In this document: piece by piece, positions 19,217 to 32,589 of the stretch
Numbering within the stretch: the stretch's first letter is position 1
Layout: the number at the start of each line of letters is the position of its first letter
DNA from: the human T2T-CHM13v2.0 reference genome, Homo sapiens
Assembly (NCBI RefSeq): GCF_009914755.1
Contig: NC_060928.1
DNA length: 64,000 nucleotides
Reading direction: 5' to 3' (one strand)
Position numbers and translations under genes: made by a program
Notes under the pieces: generated by a model
Databases searched by the model: none
What the model was told of the DNA's origin: nothing
What the model saw: the letters and a program-made list of their open reading frames with translations, nothing else

Positions 19217-20294
19217 ACATGACAAATGGGAGAATATTTAGCATGTAATCTGCAGGATGGGAAGGAGAGATCTGAGAGGAATGTGGAGGAGAGTATCTCA
19301 GAAGGAAAAATCACATGCACAAATATATCAGTGCATTCTAGGAATTAGAGGACTGCTGTAGTGCTAGAGGTACAAAGTTAGAAAGGCCAGGCTAGAAGCC
19401 ATGCTGCAGGGGAAACTGGATTCTATATGCAAGGAGGAGCCATTGAATTATTATATTTTTACATAAATAAAATACAATGGAAGAATTAAAATAAACTTGA
19501 CTAGTATCTCTGCAACCAAACATCAAATCAGTCTTGTTGGTCATTCGATTTAGACAGTATTCTTATGAGGAGCATGTTTACTCTGTATTTTTTTCTTCAG
19601 CTCAAGAGATTGTACTTTTGCATTTTTCTTCATAATCATTATCCTATTCATAGAATCAGTAATTAGTGAAATTAGTGAAAACAACATTAGTAATTAGTGA
19701 AAAACAAGAGTTTGGGACACTTTTATTCATTTAATCTTTGTTAATTGAGAACATACTATTTTTATAGTATGGGGTACTACTGTGGAAGAACATATATGCT
19801 GGATTCTGGGGATAAAGCATTAAACAAGATAGAAACCACCCTGGTTCCCGCTGAGCATACAGCCAAGTGATGAATGACAAAACATAGTAAATCTGGGTTT
19901 TCCTTTTTCGAGCTATGGATGGCTTTGGCCAAGTTATCTATAGTTCATTTCATGAACAAACATGGTTATTATAATATTTAACTCCTAAAGGTATAGAGAA
20001 TTGGAGTAGTATACATAAAGTACCTAATGGAACATCTGAAACACAATATTCATTAAGTAAATATTTTATTAAAAGTTGATATTACTATGATTAAATACTT
20101 GTCTCATATGAGTAGTGAATATATAGATTTTAGCCATAATATTGAGTGACTTTGATATTTTAATTACCTTAACAATTAAGGGGCCTTTGTGCATGCATGG
20201 GTGTGTGTGTGTGTTTGTATGTGTGAGAGAGAGATTGGGAAAAAGAGGAGAGACTACCTCTTTAGTTTGCGTCACGAACTAAAATAGTCCCTAT

Positions 20295-20530
20295 TCTCAA
20301 GTGGATAAGAAAAGAGGCTCTGGTTTTAAACCTTCCAAGTTTGAATCCTGACTTCTACCATTTATGGCTATGAGAACCTGTTCAAATTGTTTAGCTTTTC
20401 TGTGGTCCAGTCATATCACATGTAGAAAAATGTTGCTAATAGCTATCTCTTAGGGTTTCTATGAGAATTGCATTAGGTAATACATGTACAGTGTTTAGAA
20501 CACTGCCTGATATATAAGTATTCAATTCTA
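20295..20530 (+). mobile_element. MIR
   Basis: TTTGAATCCTGACTTCTACCATTTATGGCTATG...TAGGGTTTCTATGAGAATTGCATTAGGTAATACATGTACAGTGTTTAGAACACTGCCTGA core. Confidence 0.7.
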
Positions 20531-20779
20531 TTACTGATTCTTATTCTTACCTCTCTGGAGTTTCGGTCCTGATTTGTTTTCCTAATTATTATCTGGGACC
20601 TGTAGAAATACAAAAATTGGATGGGTTTTTATGTATAATGTTGACATTTTCAAAAAATGTTAACAAAAGACAAATTATGTTATTGCTATGGGGAAAATAA
20701 CTACCAGGACTTGTTTTATACCTGTCTAATCAACCAATGTTCCATAGCCAAGGTAACAAGTAAAACTCAGAACTAGATT

Positions 20780-21210
20780 TAAATCTGTCCAATTGAGCAA
20801 TGACAATTTGCTTCAGTGAACATGTCCCTGAAGACCAGTCAGTTAGTACTAACTCATGCCTTGAAAGTCACCCCACTGACAGTCAACTCACTCCAGCGAA
20901 CATGTTTCTAAGGCTGACATGGAACAACTATTTTGAAAAATAATAAACTAGGCTTCTAAGATTGACAACCCACCCTGCCTCTACAATTAACACAAAATAT
21001 GATTCTACAGCTGATATCAATCCATTCTTGCTCCCATATAAACACAACCTGAATCAATCTCAAGCTCTTCCCCAGCACCCTATGTAAAATTAGTAGTTTG
21101 CAATGCTCAGTGAGGCTTCATCTGATCAACGTAGCTCTTTTTTTTTTTTTCACTTCCATCAGCAATAAATCAAGCTTATTGATTTGAGTTTTGAATAGAG
21201 GTCTCTCTTT
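20780..21210 (+). mobile_element. Ancient ERV1-type LTR remnant (MER90/MER110-like)
   Basis: LTR-like order of motifs ending AGCAATAAATCAAGCTT. Weak match from memory. Confidence 0.35.
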
Positions 21211-24200
21211 TTTTTTTTTTAACAATGTAGTTTTCTCCAACAGGGTAATATAGTATCTTTGACCAATAAATCTACCCAGCCCTTTTGTACGCCAGTTTCC
21301 TTTGTCCTTCAGATTTCCTGCCAGGTGCAACTGGTTCAACATGATCTCAACTCTAACTTATTTCATTGAGCTCTTATTACAAAATTTATGTTGTTATAAT
21401 TTGTTGCTAAGTAGTATTAGTATATTAGATGCTTTGGTTTGGTGGTGCACTATTTGTTAAATATTTTTGCCACTAACATGCTGACTTCAGCGACTTGGCT
21501 TGCTTTTTATTTTTGTCTTTCTCTTAGTGAGAAAGATTTGTGTCATGGCTTTATATGGATTGTCTTGTTTCTGGTGACTTGAGTCAGGGAGTGGTTCCTA
21601 GAAAATGGATGGAGGTATCAGTTGGATAAACCTCCAATGTAGTCCAAACCAGCCTAAAAGTATCACTGTTGCAGCCCCATTATGCTACAGGTAATTTATA
21701 CTGAGATGTTTGATCAAATTGTGTCTTGGCTCACCTCCAAAATCATGAAGAGACTTGCTGTCATGTCAATTTGTGTACAAGGTCACTCTACTTCACATTT
21801 CCAGGCCAGTGATTATTGGGTCATTGTTGCACCACCTCTTCCTGGCCTTGGCTTGGGTTGGGTAATGCAGAACATCATTTATAAAAACACAGATGTAACA
21901 GATTTTAGAGGTTCTTTTTTGTTTATTATGGGTTTGTCCAAATCAAAACTGCAACATCTTCCTGGCAAAATCTGTGAATCTTTCATAAATTTGTATTATA
22001 TTCACAGCTGTTGTGTCTTCTTTGGTGAATGTTTTAAAAAATTTTTAATTTATCATTTTGAATAATTTTAATATTTCATAATTACATTTTTAAGAAATTC
22101 AGAAAAAGAAAAAATTAATAATATTAAATATGCAATTATCAGTATTTTAATTAATATCCAAAGCCACAAAACCAAACATTGACTCCAGAATAGCTTGTTT
22201 AAAAAACTCTCTAGTTCATTCCTGCTCAAATCTTCTGAAATATACTTTCCTTGAATTTCTTCTCTATGCTTACATCCTTTTGCTTCTTATTCTAACTGTT
22301 CACATGTGCTATCTTTTCCTCAGCATTTTTTTCTCAGAAAAAGAACAATTGCATTGCACAATATGCCCTTGAAATTATAAGACCAGAAGGCTCATCTATA
22401 GAAGCTGAATATAAACTTTGATCTAGAACCAATTTGGAGTTCATAAATTAAGTTTTCCTTTTGAACCTCAGGAATTTAGGCAGAAATTTTCTGAAAAAAA
22501 AAAATCAGAATTGCTTTAGGTGCCACCAGCTATGTATCAGCAAGTTAACAGTCATCCTCTCAGATAAGGAAATATAATAAGAATTAATAAGATGAAAAAC
22601 ACTAGGAAGAAATTTTAGTAACACAGCTGTGCATGATTTTAAAAATATTCTTGAAAGAGCAAAAAAAAAATATTTAAAATATATTTCATATATAAGGCCA
22701 TTTCAGAATTCTCTCCCTTAAAGTAAATTGGACAAAGATCCAAAGTTATAAACAAAATAGAGCTGAATCAGAGGAGATTTTACAATTAGATGATACATTT
22801 TCAGATAATATTCTGAAGTAGATAGAAGAAACAAAGTAAATGGAGGGTTTTTTTTCTGTTTTCTTTTTTTTTTAATAACAAGGTTTACATCTAAAATTAT
22901 AGTAGGAAACTGCTAGATGCACTCCAGCATTTGCTGACATTTTCAATGAGCCACAGGTAAAGTAAACAAGCTAAAAATTAAAATCAATTATGGCTACCAG
23001 CTAGATAGAACCACCAGCTCCCAAAACAAAAATAAAACCAAAAGATTCTCTGATCCTTAGAATTGAGAACCTAGGAAGAGACACAAGTAGAAATGACAAA
23101 AGAAGTACTGTTAGAAGAAAGAACGTTCCACACTTGCTAAGAAGTGGTGGGTGACTATCCAAACGCTGCCCTATGATTTCACTCCAAGGGAGAGACTAGT
23201 GTTCCACAATTCTGTTTTCTTCTAAACTCCCAAGGGGAAATATCTGTAAATTGAGATGGACATTAATACATCTTTCTCATTAATATGGGTGTTAAATATT
23301 TTATTAATCCAACTACCACAGAACATTAGAGTCCTCAAAACTAAACTTTCAAATTATCTAAAACTCATGAAATTAAGCAAATTGACTTTGGATGGCTCAT
23401 AAACAACCGTAATAGTAATGGTGTAGTAATAATAAAATGGAACAAAATATAGTTTTGCTTAAAGTAAAAATGTATGCTTGGCCCAGAAGATAGTAAAAGA
23501 AAGCTTTGAATGTGTAGAGTAACAGGTAAAACCCTTCAGGAGAAGTAAACATTCTTTGCCTTGGTTTACATAAACCATTCAAATACTGAAAATTTTTACA
23601 ATTCTAAATCCTTTTCTGCCAACATACAATTATTACTTTGAGATTGCTATTATGAGAACAACACAATTTTTTCCCTTACACAAACCCTGCAAATGTAATA
23701 AATAGGTAGGAGTCTACTTTTCAAATAGAATTACCAGATAAAATTTACTGCACAGGAGTTATTTTTAGAAGTTTCATATTATAGCTGATCTGGACATCAG
23801 TATACCTACACTATGTATAATTCAAGAAGCAACCAAAGAAGGGGCTCTGATCTCAGAGGCTCCACAGACAAAAGACAGAAAAAGTGGGAAACAGTTTATA
23901 AGAATCCAGATAAGTCTTTTCAGATTATTATAAGCTTTAATTTTTCCCAAGTTTTTTTACCTGATATTCCTACAATAGCCTAAGATATTATATACATGCA
24001 AAAAGCAAAGGCATATACTGATGATATCCTATATCTTGATGCAATATCCAAGGTTTTTTATTTGCCTCAGAATATCTGTAGCCTGAACTAATTGAAGCAG
24101 TTAAAACTACTTTTAAATATGAAGGTTCTACATGTAGTACAATCTCAATTGCTAGATGAAAGCACCAGATTAGTTCATTATTGATTATGAAAGCTTATAA

Positions 24201-24335
24201 CTTTCCATTCATCTTAGCATCAACGTAACTTTTTAAATAAAAAAACTTTATTATTTTAATCAATGAAAAAGAAGCTCACAATTGTGTTTATCAAGTTTAA
24301 ATGTCCATGTATAGAACAGATATTTTGGATAATCC

Positions 24336-24628
24336 TGTCTTCATCAGTTCCAGCTGCTATAACAAATTACCATAGACTGGATGGCTCATAAACAATGAAA
24401 TTTATTTCTCAGAGTTCTGGAGGGTGGAAGTGCCATGATCAGGTGCCAGCATGGTCAAGTTCTGGTGAGGGTGATCTTCTGGGCTGCAGAGTACCCACTT
24501 CTTGTAGTGTCCTCATATCGTAGAAAAAGGGTGAGAGGCTCATTGGGGTCTCTCTTATAAGGGCATTAATCCCATTCATGAAGGTTCTACACTCATGACC
24601 CCTCAAAGGTCCCACCTCCTAATGCCTA
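24336..24628 (-). mobile_element. MLT1A-type MaLR LTR (partial)
   Basis: GCTGCTATAACAAATTACCATAGACTGG...ATTTATTTCTCAGAGTTCTGGAGG...TTATAAGGGCATTAATCCCATTCATGA. Confidence 0.8.
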
Positions 24629-26892
24629 TGTTGAAATACGGGTGGACAAAATATATGAAACAACCATATTTTGATAATGGACAATATGAAGAGCAGGACT
24701 GTTATCCTTGAGAAAAGGGGAAGAAAAAAAGAGAGCCATGTTTTCCTTATATTTCCCCCTGGGGGCACCTATAACCATATTGTAGTGGAGGGCAAACCAA
24801 GCAGAGCACGTCACTCTCAGTGAGTTGAGGAGACAGTGACTGGCATTCAGGGAGGTTGCATTGGTGGGTGTTGCTAGGAGAGAGTAACACAGAGTAGGTG
24901 ATTATGGAAAAGAGAGTTCAAAAAATCTGTAAGTTTCTCCTTGAAGCCTTGGCTAAATTCTAAGCAGCGTTTTGTCATATGAGACACCATGAAGCCAGGC
25001 AAAAAAACAACTAGCAGGGAAAGAACAACTACCAGAAAACTCTAAGTGCAATAATTACAATGGCTTTCAAAGGACTGAGTGATTATTGAGTTGAGTAGAA
25101 AAAGCTAGTTAAATACACAGGGTGTTCAGCAGACAGCCCCCAATGGTTACAATTTGATGCTAAATTAGTTCTGGAGTAAAGGCTGTTCCAGATATGCCCT
25201 AATAAAGCCTAACATTGAATCTTAGCCTCAAGCAGATCCACAAGTAACAAAACTGCCTGTAATATAAGGTTGAAGGAGAAGCATATCATACAAAAACTCT
25301 AATCTACAAAAGGAAATAAAAATATCCAAATGATAAATACAGCAAGGGTTTTATTTTAAAATTGTTAAAAAACAATTGACTCCATAAAGCAAAAATGAAT
25401 GTAATGTATTGTGGATTTTATAAATTATATAGCTATAAAGGTTTATGACAACATTAGCATAAAGGAAAGAAATGATTTATGAATACTGTTGGAAGTTTCC
25501 ACATTATAGATGAAAGAATAAAACATAATTTGAAGATGGACTACCAAGTTAAAGATTAATATTATAAATTCTAGAGTAATCACTAAGATAATAAAACATC
25601 GTAGCTAATGACTCAATAGAGAAGATAAAAGAGAAAACTAAAAACACTCAATCCGAAAGTACTCAGAAAAATAGAAAAAGAAAAAGAAAAAAATAATGTA
25701 TATGATAAGTGAAAAAGCAGCAGCAAAATAGTATGGTTAATCCCAATCATATTAGTAATTATATTAAGCATAAATGGTCTTAATTCTGAAATTATAAGGC
25801 AGAAATTTTTAGCTGGTTATAAAAATACAAGATATAACTATACACCATCTATAAGAAACATATTTGAAATATTGTTTAAAGACTCAGATAGGTTAAAAGT
25901 AAAAGCCTGGTTAAAAAAAAAAAGAGACATACATACACTAGACATACAAAGGTGAAGTAGTTATATTATATCCGACACTGTGGGTTTCAGGATAAGAAGT
26001 ACCTGACACAAAGAGATATATTTCATGATGATAAAAAGTTCAGTTCATCAAGACAAACCAACAGTCTTAAAAAGACATGAACCCAATAGCAGAGCTTCAA
26101 AATACATGAAAGAAAAAATGTATTTAGACATAAATGAAAGGGCATATAGAAGGATCCACAATTATGGTTGGAGATTTCAACACTCTCCTCTCAGCAGCTG
26201 ATGAGCATGTAGACGAAAAATCAGTGAAGATACAGGAGATTTAAACAGTACTATCAACCACCTGGAACTAGTTGAGATATATAAAATACTTAATTAACAA
26301 GAGATGAGTACACATGCTTTTCAAGTGCATCTGGAACATTTACCTAGACAGGCCATATGAAGGGGCATAAAAAGTTCTCAATAAATTTAAATAGTATTAA
26401 ACATATTTTTGTAACAAAATATTTTGAAACCTATATTGGAAATATTCAAATATTTTAAAATTAAACAGCTGTTCCTGTTTAACTTCTGACTTACCTACCC
26501 ATGGCTCTAAAATTTTACAGTTAATTAGAAAATATTTTGAATGGAATGAATTTAATATGCAATATAATCAAATCTGTGAGATAATGCTAATGCAGAACAT
26601 AGAGGAACTATAATACTATAATTGCTTTTGTCAGAAAAGAGAAAAACCTAAAATTAAAGATTAAGATTACTTCTTAAATAGTGAAAAAAAAGAAAGTACA
26701 ATGTAAACTCAAAGTAAAAAAAAATGCAGGAAATAATAAAAGAAAAAGGTGGGCAGTTAACTCATAAAAAGGCAATTAATACAGAAAATAAATCCCAAAA
26801 GTTGTCTTTTACAAAGAGCAATAAAATTGATAAATCTCTGGGTAGACCAATTAAGAAGAATTATCAGTGTGAGGATTTTTAAAATGACATCT

Positions 26893-26981
26893 GCCAGCTG
26901 CAGTGGTCCACACCTGTGTCTCAGCTACTCGGGAGGCTGAGGTGGGAGGATCACTTGAGCCCAGGAGTAAAAAAAGAAAAA
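26893..26981 (+). mobile_element. FLAM/Alu monomer fragment
   Basis: CAGCTACTCGGGAGGCTGAGGTGGGAGGATCACTTGAGCCCAGGAGT followed by an A tail. Confidence 0.75.
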
Positions 26982-27149
26982 CTGGACATCATTAGAAATT
27001 CAATAGGCATTAAAAATAGTCAGTAAATGTATTATAACCACTCTTCAGAATCAGGACACATCATTCCACAAAATGTTTTTTGGATATCAAGACTGATTTT
27101 GCCAACATATACACCAAGAAGTTATGAAAATGCTTATTGCTTATATATA

Positions 27150-27445
27150 ACAAGGCTTTTGGGGGAGATCACAGCAGGCATCCAAGTTATCTGAAAATGG
27201 TTTCATTGATCAGGAAAAGGAGGTTGACTTGGAGTTTTTATTGTGGTTGTGGATGGGGCTGGGATTCCCTTGTGCAGGCAGGGGTTTGCATGATTTGGAA
27301 CTCTCTTTGGTATCAAAAGAGAGGGCATAAAGGCCTTCATATTGGTTTTCTCCCAGATGGGAGACATAAAGGAAAGATAGAGAGGTGAGGTTTAAAAGTT
27401 GTCAGCACTCAAATTAAAAAACATAAAGTCAAACTCTTTGTCACA
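27150..27445 (-). mobile_element. MER31-like LTR fragment
   Basis: Minus strand begins TGTGACAAAGAGTTTGACTTTATG...GCTGACAACTTTTAAACCTCACC. Confidence 0.55.
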
Positions 27446-28351
27446 GAAAATTATGAAAACATTTATCCCAATAAATTTTATAACTTGAAATGGACAAATA
27501 AAAGATTAAAATAATCAAACATATAAATAAGCAGTAGAAAATCTAAATAGTATATGTATGCGATCAAATTCACAAGTAACACCCTCCTACAAGGAAAACT
27601 CCAGACCAGGATGACTTCACTGTTGAATTCTAATAGACATTTCAGGAAGAAATACTACCAATCTTACACAAACCCATGCAAAAACAAAGGAAAATAAAAT
27701 ACTTGTAACTAATTTTTTTGAAGCTAGCATTATCTTGATGCCAGGGCAGACCAAAACATTACAGGAAAACTGCAGATCTCATAAACATAGACACAAAGCC
27801 CTTAACAATATTTTAGAAAACTAAATTTAATACTATGTAAAAATGATAACACATTGTGACCCAGAGATGCATATTTGGTCTAACATTCTGAAATAAATCA
27901 TTATAATTTATCATATTTATGGAAAAATTACAGCTAATGTCATATTTCATGGTGAAATATCAAGTGTTTTCTCCTAAGCTCAAGAATAAGATAATCAGTT
28001 CTATTCATGATCAATAGGAATGAGGGGCTTTAGCTAATGTAGTATATAGCAAGGGAAAGAAACAATAAATGAAGAGATTGAAAAAATATCCAATCTTGAT
28101 ATTCAGAAAACATTTTAAAACCTGAGAACTATACTTAAAATTTTTCAGAAACAAAAAGTGAATTTAGTATAGTCAAATGATACAAGGTCAATCCAAAAAG
28201 GGAATTGTATTTTACTCTGTAGGAATATTGTAACTATTTATGAATGAAATAATGTAAAAGAAAATATGCCCTAAGTAGCATGGAAAAGTTGAAATATTTA
28301 GTATCATTTAATAAAATATCTGTAAAGCTTGTACATTACAAGCTAAATTTA

Positions 28352-28406
28352 TTTGGTTGAGATAAATTAAAGTGTATATATACCTCTTTAATTTATCTCA
28401 ACCAAA
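28352..28406. repeat. Near-perfect palindrome (21-bp perfect arms)
   Basis: TTTGGTTGAGATAAATTAAAG (28352-28372) is the exact reverse complement of CTTTAATTTATCTCAACCAAA (28386-28406). Confidence 0.95.
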
Positions 28407-28423
28407 GAATGATGTATCTCTCC

Positions 28424-28491
28424 ATATGTATATATACATATATATGTATTCTTTACACACACACACACACATACACACACACACACACACA
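28424..28491 (+). repeat. Compound (TA)n/(CA)n microsatellite
   Basis: Direct reading of the sequence. Confidence 0.85.
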
Positions 28492-28732
28492 GACATCATG
28501 TTCTTTGATTGAAGATTCCATCTGATTAGTATGTCAGTTCTGCCTAAACTGATCTACAGATTTAACAAAATCTCTATTTAAATTTCACTTTGTTTTCTTT
28601 TTCTTTTTTGGAAATGCACAAGTTGATTTAAATTTATATGAAAATGCAATAAGCCTAAAACAGCCAAAAGAATTTTGAAAATGAACAATGTTGGAGACTT
28701 TGCACTAACTGATTTTAAAAGTTCCTATGAAT

Positions 28733-28951
28733 CAGGGTTTCTCAACCTAGACACTATTGATGTTAGGGCTAGATCATTCTTTCTTGTGGGAACTACCCTG
28801 TGCATTGCAGGATGGTGGGCAGCATCATTGGCCTCTATCCACTAGATGCCAGTAGTATCCGCCACACCCTCTAATTGTGATAACTAAAAATGTTTCCAGG
28901 CATTGCCAAATATTCCCTGGAGTCTAAATCTCCCCCGGGTAAGAACCTCTG
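28733..28951 (+). mobile_element. MER20 (hAT-Charlie DNA transposon), full length
   Basis: Terminal inverted repeats CAGGGTTTCTCAACC...GGTAAGAACCTCTG, 219 bp, internal CCACTAGATGCCAGTAG. Degenerate 8-bp TSD CTATGAAT/CTATAAAG. Confidence 0.9.
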
Positions 28952-30956
28952 CTATAAAGCTACATAATTAAGACAGCTTCATGTTGGTATAAGGATAAAA
29001 ATAAAGATCACTGGAACAAAATAGATAGGGCCGAAATAGACCAACACGGAATCTATTGATTTTTTTTGACAAGGTGCCACAATAATTGAAGGAGAAAGAA
29101 CAATCTTTTCAACAGATGGTTTTAGAACGACGGGCTATCCATATGGAGAAAAATACACTTCAGCTGTTACTTCACAGCCTACACAAAAATTAATTCAAAA
29201 TAGTTCACGGTACTAAATGTTAATACCCCAAAGTCTAAATCTTCAAAAAGAAAACATAGGAAGAAATATTTATGACAATAGACTAAGCAGATTTTTTAGA
29301 TCAGACCACCAAAGATCAAGAACCAAAAAAGAAAAATTTTATGATGTGTACTGTACCAAATATATTAATTCATGTTCTTATAAAGATGGTTTTAAGAAAA
29401 TGGAAAGTTATGATATCAGATAGGGAGAAAGTATTCATTACAAAGAACTTGTATCTGAAATATATATTTTAAAATTCACAATACTTACGTGTGAGCATGT
29501 ATACACAATACATAATGAACTCCTACAGTTCAATAAAAACACAAGTAGCCCAAATTAAAAAAAAAAAACTATGCAAATGACTTGAAGAAACACTTCACAA
29601 AAGAAGGTAAACAAATAGCCAAAATGAAAAGTTATATAGCATCATTAGTCAAAGAACTACAATGAAATCAGTGTAATTTCGTTACATGATGAAATGCCAC
29701 TAACACATTCTAGAATGGCTAAAAATAAAATAACTGTCAATACCAAGTGTCTGTGAGAATGTGGGGCAACTGGAATTCTAATGCACTGCTGGTGGGGATG
29801 AAAAGTGGTACAAGTACTTATATAACACAACCAGGCAGTTTCTAACACAGTTGATGAGCTCTTTCAACAAGACCCAGTGATTCCACTTCTAGGTATTTAT
29901 CCAAAAGATATGAAAATCTATGTCCAACCAAAATAAATGATCCTGGCATAAATACTCCTAGCACCTTGATTCATAATACCTCAAACTGAAACAGTCCAAA
30001 TATTAAACAACAGGTGAATGGATAAACAAATTGTGGTATATTTATATAAAGAAATTTTCTTCAGTCATACGTAGGTACTAACTCAACACGATACGACATA
30101 TATAAATAGCAAAAGAAACCAGTCACAAAAGAGTATGCATCGTATAATTCCATCTATATAAAATTTCAGAACTATAAATCTATTTTGTAAAGGAGCAGGT
30201 AGGAACATTCTGGGGTGATAGAAACAGCCCATAACTTTTTACTTGGGTGAATACAATTATTGAAAATGTTTAGATTTTATTGTATGTAAATTATATCTCA
30301 ATAAGGCTGTAAAATAAAAAATAAAATTAAATAAAAAAATTATTTCCCCAAATTTACACGCGACACCATTACAGAGTTAACTAGTTCTCTGAGATATAGC
30401 CCTAAGATGGTTTATTTTTGCTCCCTCATTAATTTTTGTTCTTCACAGATGATATAAAATAATAGAAAAACTTAAAAAAAATTCCTAGCAAGAGGTAATG
30501 TAGTTTTGAATTTTATTTCTTTTACAATTATGAACATTCTTATTTCCTTATTTGATGAAAACAATCAATTTTATTATCTCGTAACTGAAATAATTTGATT
30601 TCTTTAAAAAGGAACTCATTTTTATAGAGTTCTACAACAGCAAGTTGGATAAATATTTTTAATTTTTGTTTTTAGTTATTAGTATTTTAATTTCTATTTT
30701 ACTATTAATTTCTATTTTTCTAATTACTATTTTAGTAATTAGAAATTAGCTATGATTATATTATAAATATTTGATGTAGCAAATATTTATAATAATCATC
30801 ATAACTAATTTCTACTCACTGAGGACACATATATCTATATGCTTACACATGACTTTTTAAAAAAATAAGCAAGTAAAGAAATTTGTGCAATAATAATTAT
30901 CCAGAAGCCACTTGTGCAGTGCTAGCGCAAGCATTTCGTTTTCATTGGTAGAGTTC

Positions 30957-30975
30957 TACTGCCCTCTCCTGGTCC
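30957..30975 (-). promoter_or_regulatory. Candidate CTCF site
   Basis: Minus strand reads GACCAGGAGAGGGCAGTA, one mismatch from the CCASYAGRKGGCR core, within a repeat-free patch that retains CpGs. Confidence 0.45.
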
Positions 30976-31441
30976 CTGCATCTTGCATCAATAGGGACGC
31001 AGATGGAATCTGGAGGCACTGCGAGACTCCTTGCAAAAGTACACGGAGACTTAATGCTAGAAGAGTAATAACCTCAAAATTTTCCCCATCAGATGATCTC
31101 AATTCAATGATGTATCATATCCACTAAAGGAGAAACCTAAGTCTATATAGAGTTAGAATGAACTTCAACTTTTTAAAATGTGAGGTGACCTCAGACATTA
31201 GATACAGTACAACCTCCTTATTTTATTGAAGTCAAATTTGAGGCTCCCAAAATTGAAGTGCCTTTATCCAATTAAATGCAATGAGTCAGTGGTGAATCCA
31301 GGAATAAAATATAGCATTTGTGTTTATTCAAATGGAACTAGGCGAAAGTTCACCTCTGCTGAACGCATTATTACAAACAATTCACATTTGTAAAAAACCA
31401 GATAGCAGGGAGTAATATGAAAAACAACACATACAAATAAG

Positions 31442-31722
31442 TTTCTTTCCTTCTCTTATTCCTTTCTTCCTCCTTCTTTCTGCCCTGCTTCCCCTTTCCT
31501 CCCTCTTTCTCTCTTTCTTTTCCCTTTCCTTCCTTCCTTTCCTTCCTTCCTTCCCTCCTCTTTCTCTTTTCCTTCCCTTTATTCTTTCTTTCCCTTTCTT
31601 TCTCTTTCTTTCTTTTTCTTTCTTCTTTCTTTCTTTCTTTTTCTTTCTTCTTTCTTTCTTTCTTTCCTTCCTTTCTTTCTCTTTCTTCTTTCTTTCTTCT
31701 TTCCTTTCTTCCTTTCTTCCTC
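31442..31722 (+). repeat. Polypyrimidine low-complexity tract, (CTTT)n/(CCTT)n
   Basis: About 280 bp almost exclusively C/T. Confidence 0.95.
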
Positions 31723-32589
31723 TGTATATCAGAACACTAATTACTAAAGACACTGGTTATAAGTTATGGTGACAGCATGGAGGAAAGGTAAAATTCCTGG
31801 GCTTTGACATTAGATGTGTGTTTTAATGCCATTTCTACCATTGATAAACCATGTGATCATCATGTAATCACACTAATGCCTTAATCAGTAAATTGGAGAT
31901 GGAAATAATGGCACTATATTATACAGGGCTTGTGAGTATTAAGGCCATAAGTGCTTGGTTTTAATTATTTAAAAAATAAATAGTATGAATAATTATAAGA
32001 ATAGAATTTGTGCAAGAATTTAGAGTGATTGTGTATGTAATAAGTTCACTCTAACAATGAAAATGGAATGCTAGTACTAGCACTGCAAAAGTTGCTTCTG
32101 GATAATTATTACTGCATAGATTTCTTTACTTGCTTATTTTTTGAAGTCATGTGTAAATATATAAGTATATACTAATAAACATAGCGAGTTTAATAAAATA
32201 TAGGTAGTAGTGCTATCATTCCTCCTACTATGTTGCGATTTCATTTTAAAATATTATACTTATTATTCAATATTTATGTCTGGCCCAACATTTGATATGT
32301 AGTGTATTTTATCAAATTTATCCTGAAACCAAAGTAAGATCTATAAAATTTGGAAGTAGTATGATTTAAAGATATTGAGAACTTCATTCTTTTATCCAGC
32401 TCAAAACTAGTGATTCCATCATTGATATCTTAGTGGATAAAAGTCCCAGAATATCTTTGGATGAAATACTGAAAATTTCACTTTAATATCAAGTTTTGTT
32501 AGGGAGGAGGAACACAAAGCCATTTTATTTTTATTGCTGTATTGTAAACATTAACCAGGTAGCTTAAGGAAAGCAAGGCAGGAAAGGCG

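Larger units (their letters stand above)
24630..30340 (+). mobile_element. Long, decayed old L1M element (5'UTR-like, EN, RT, 3' end) with nested insertions
   Basis: Colinear remnants of EN (GTTGGAGATTTCAACACTC), linker (CCAGACCAGGATGACTTCACTG), C-terminus (TCTTTTCAACAGATGG, CCACTTCTAGGTATTTATCC) and an A-rich tail at ~30310-30340. Confidence 0.8.

Noticed and set aside
19658-19705. Repeated ATTAGTGAAA units resembling a repeat-spacer array
   Set aside because: Only three irregular short copies, consistent with slippage duplication. Not CRISPR-like, and the context is eukaryotic.
21682-22065. 127-aa ORF in unique-looking DNA (likewise 48693-49073 and 51064-51411)
   Set aside because: No recognisable domain or convincing exon structure; length is compatible with chance. 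The 48.7-kb ORF overlaps an L2.
30449-30500. Possible micro-exon (TTCACAG...GAG|GTAATG)
   Set aside because: A-rich, stop-containing, with no supporting context; such splice-like pairs are common by chance.
30717-30745. 12-bp AT-rich hairpin TTTCTAATTACT/AGTAATTAGAAA (similar small ones near 18-43 and 53785-53805)
   Set aside because: Short inverted repeats are expected in such AT-rich, low-complexity DNA.
31382-31753. 123-aa K/E/R-rich ORF
   Set aside because: Translation of the (GAAA)n low-complexity strand, not a gene.
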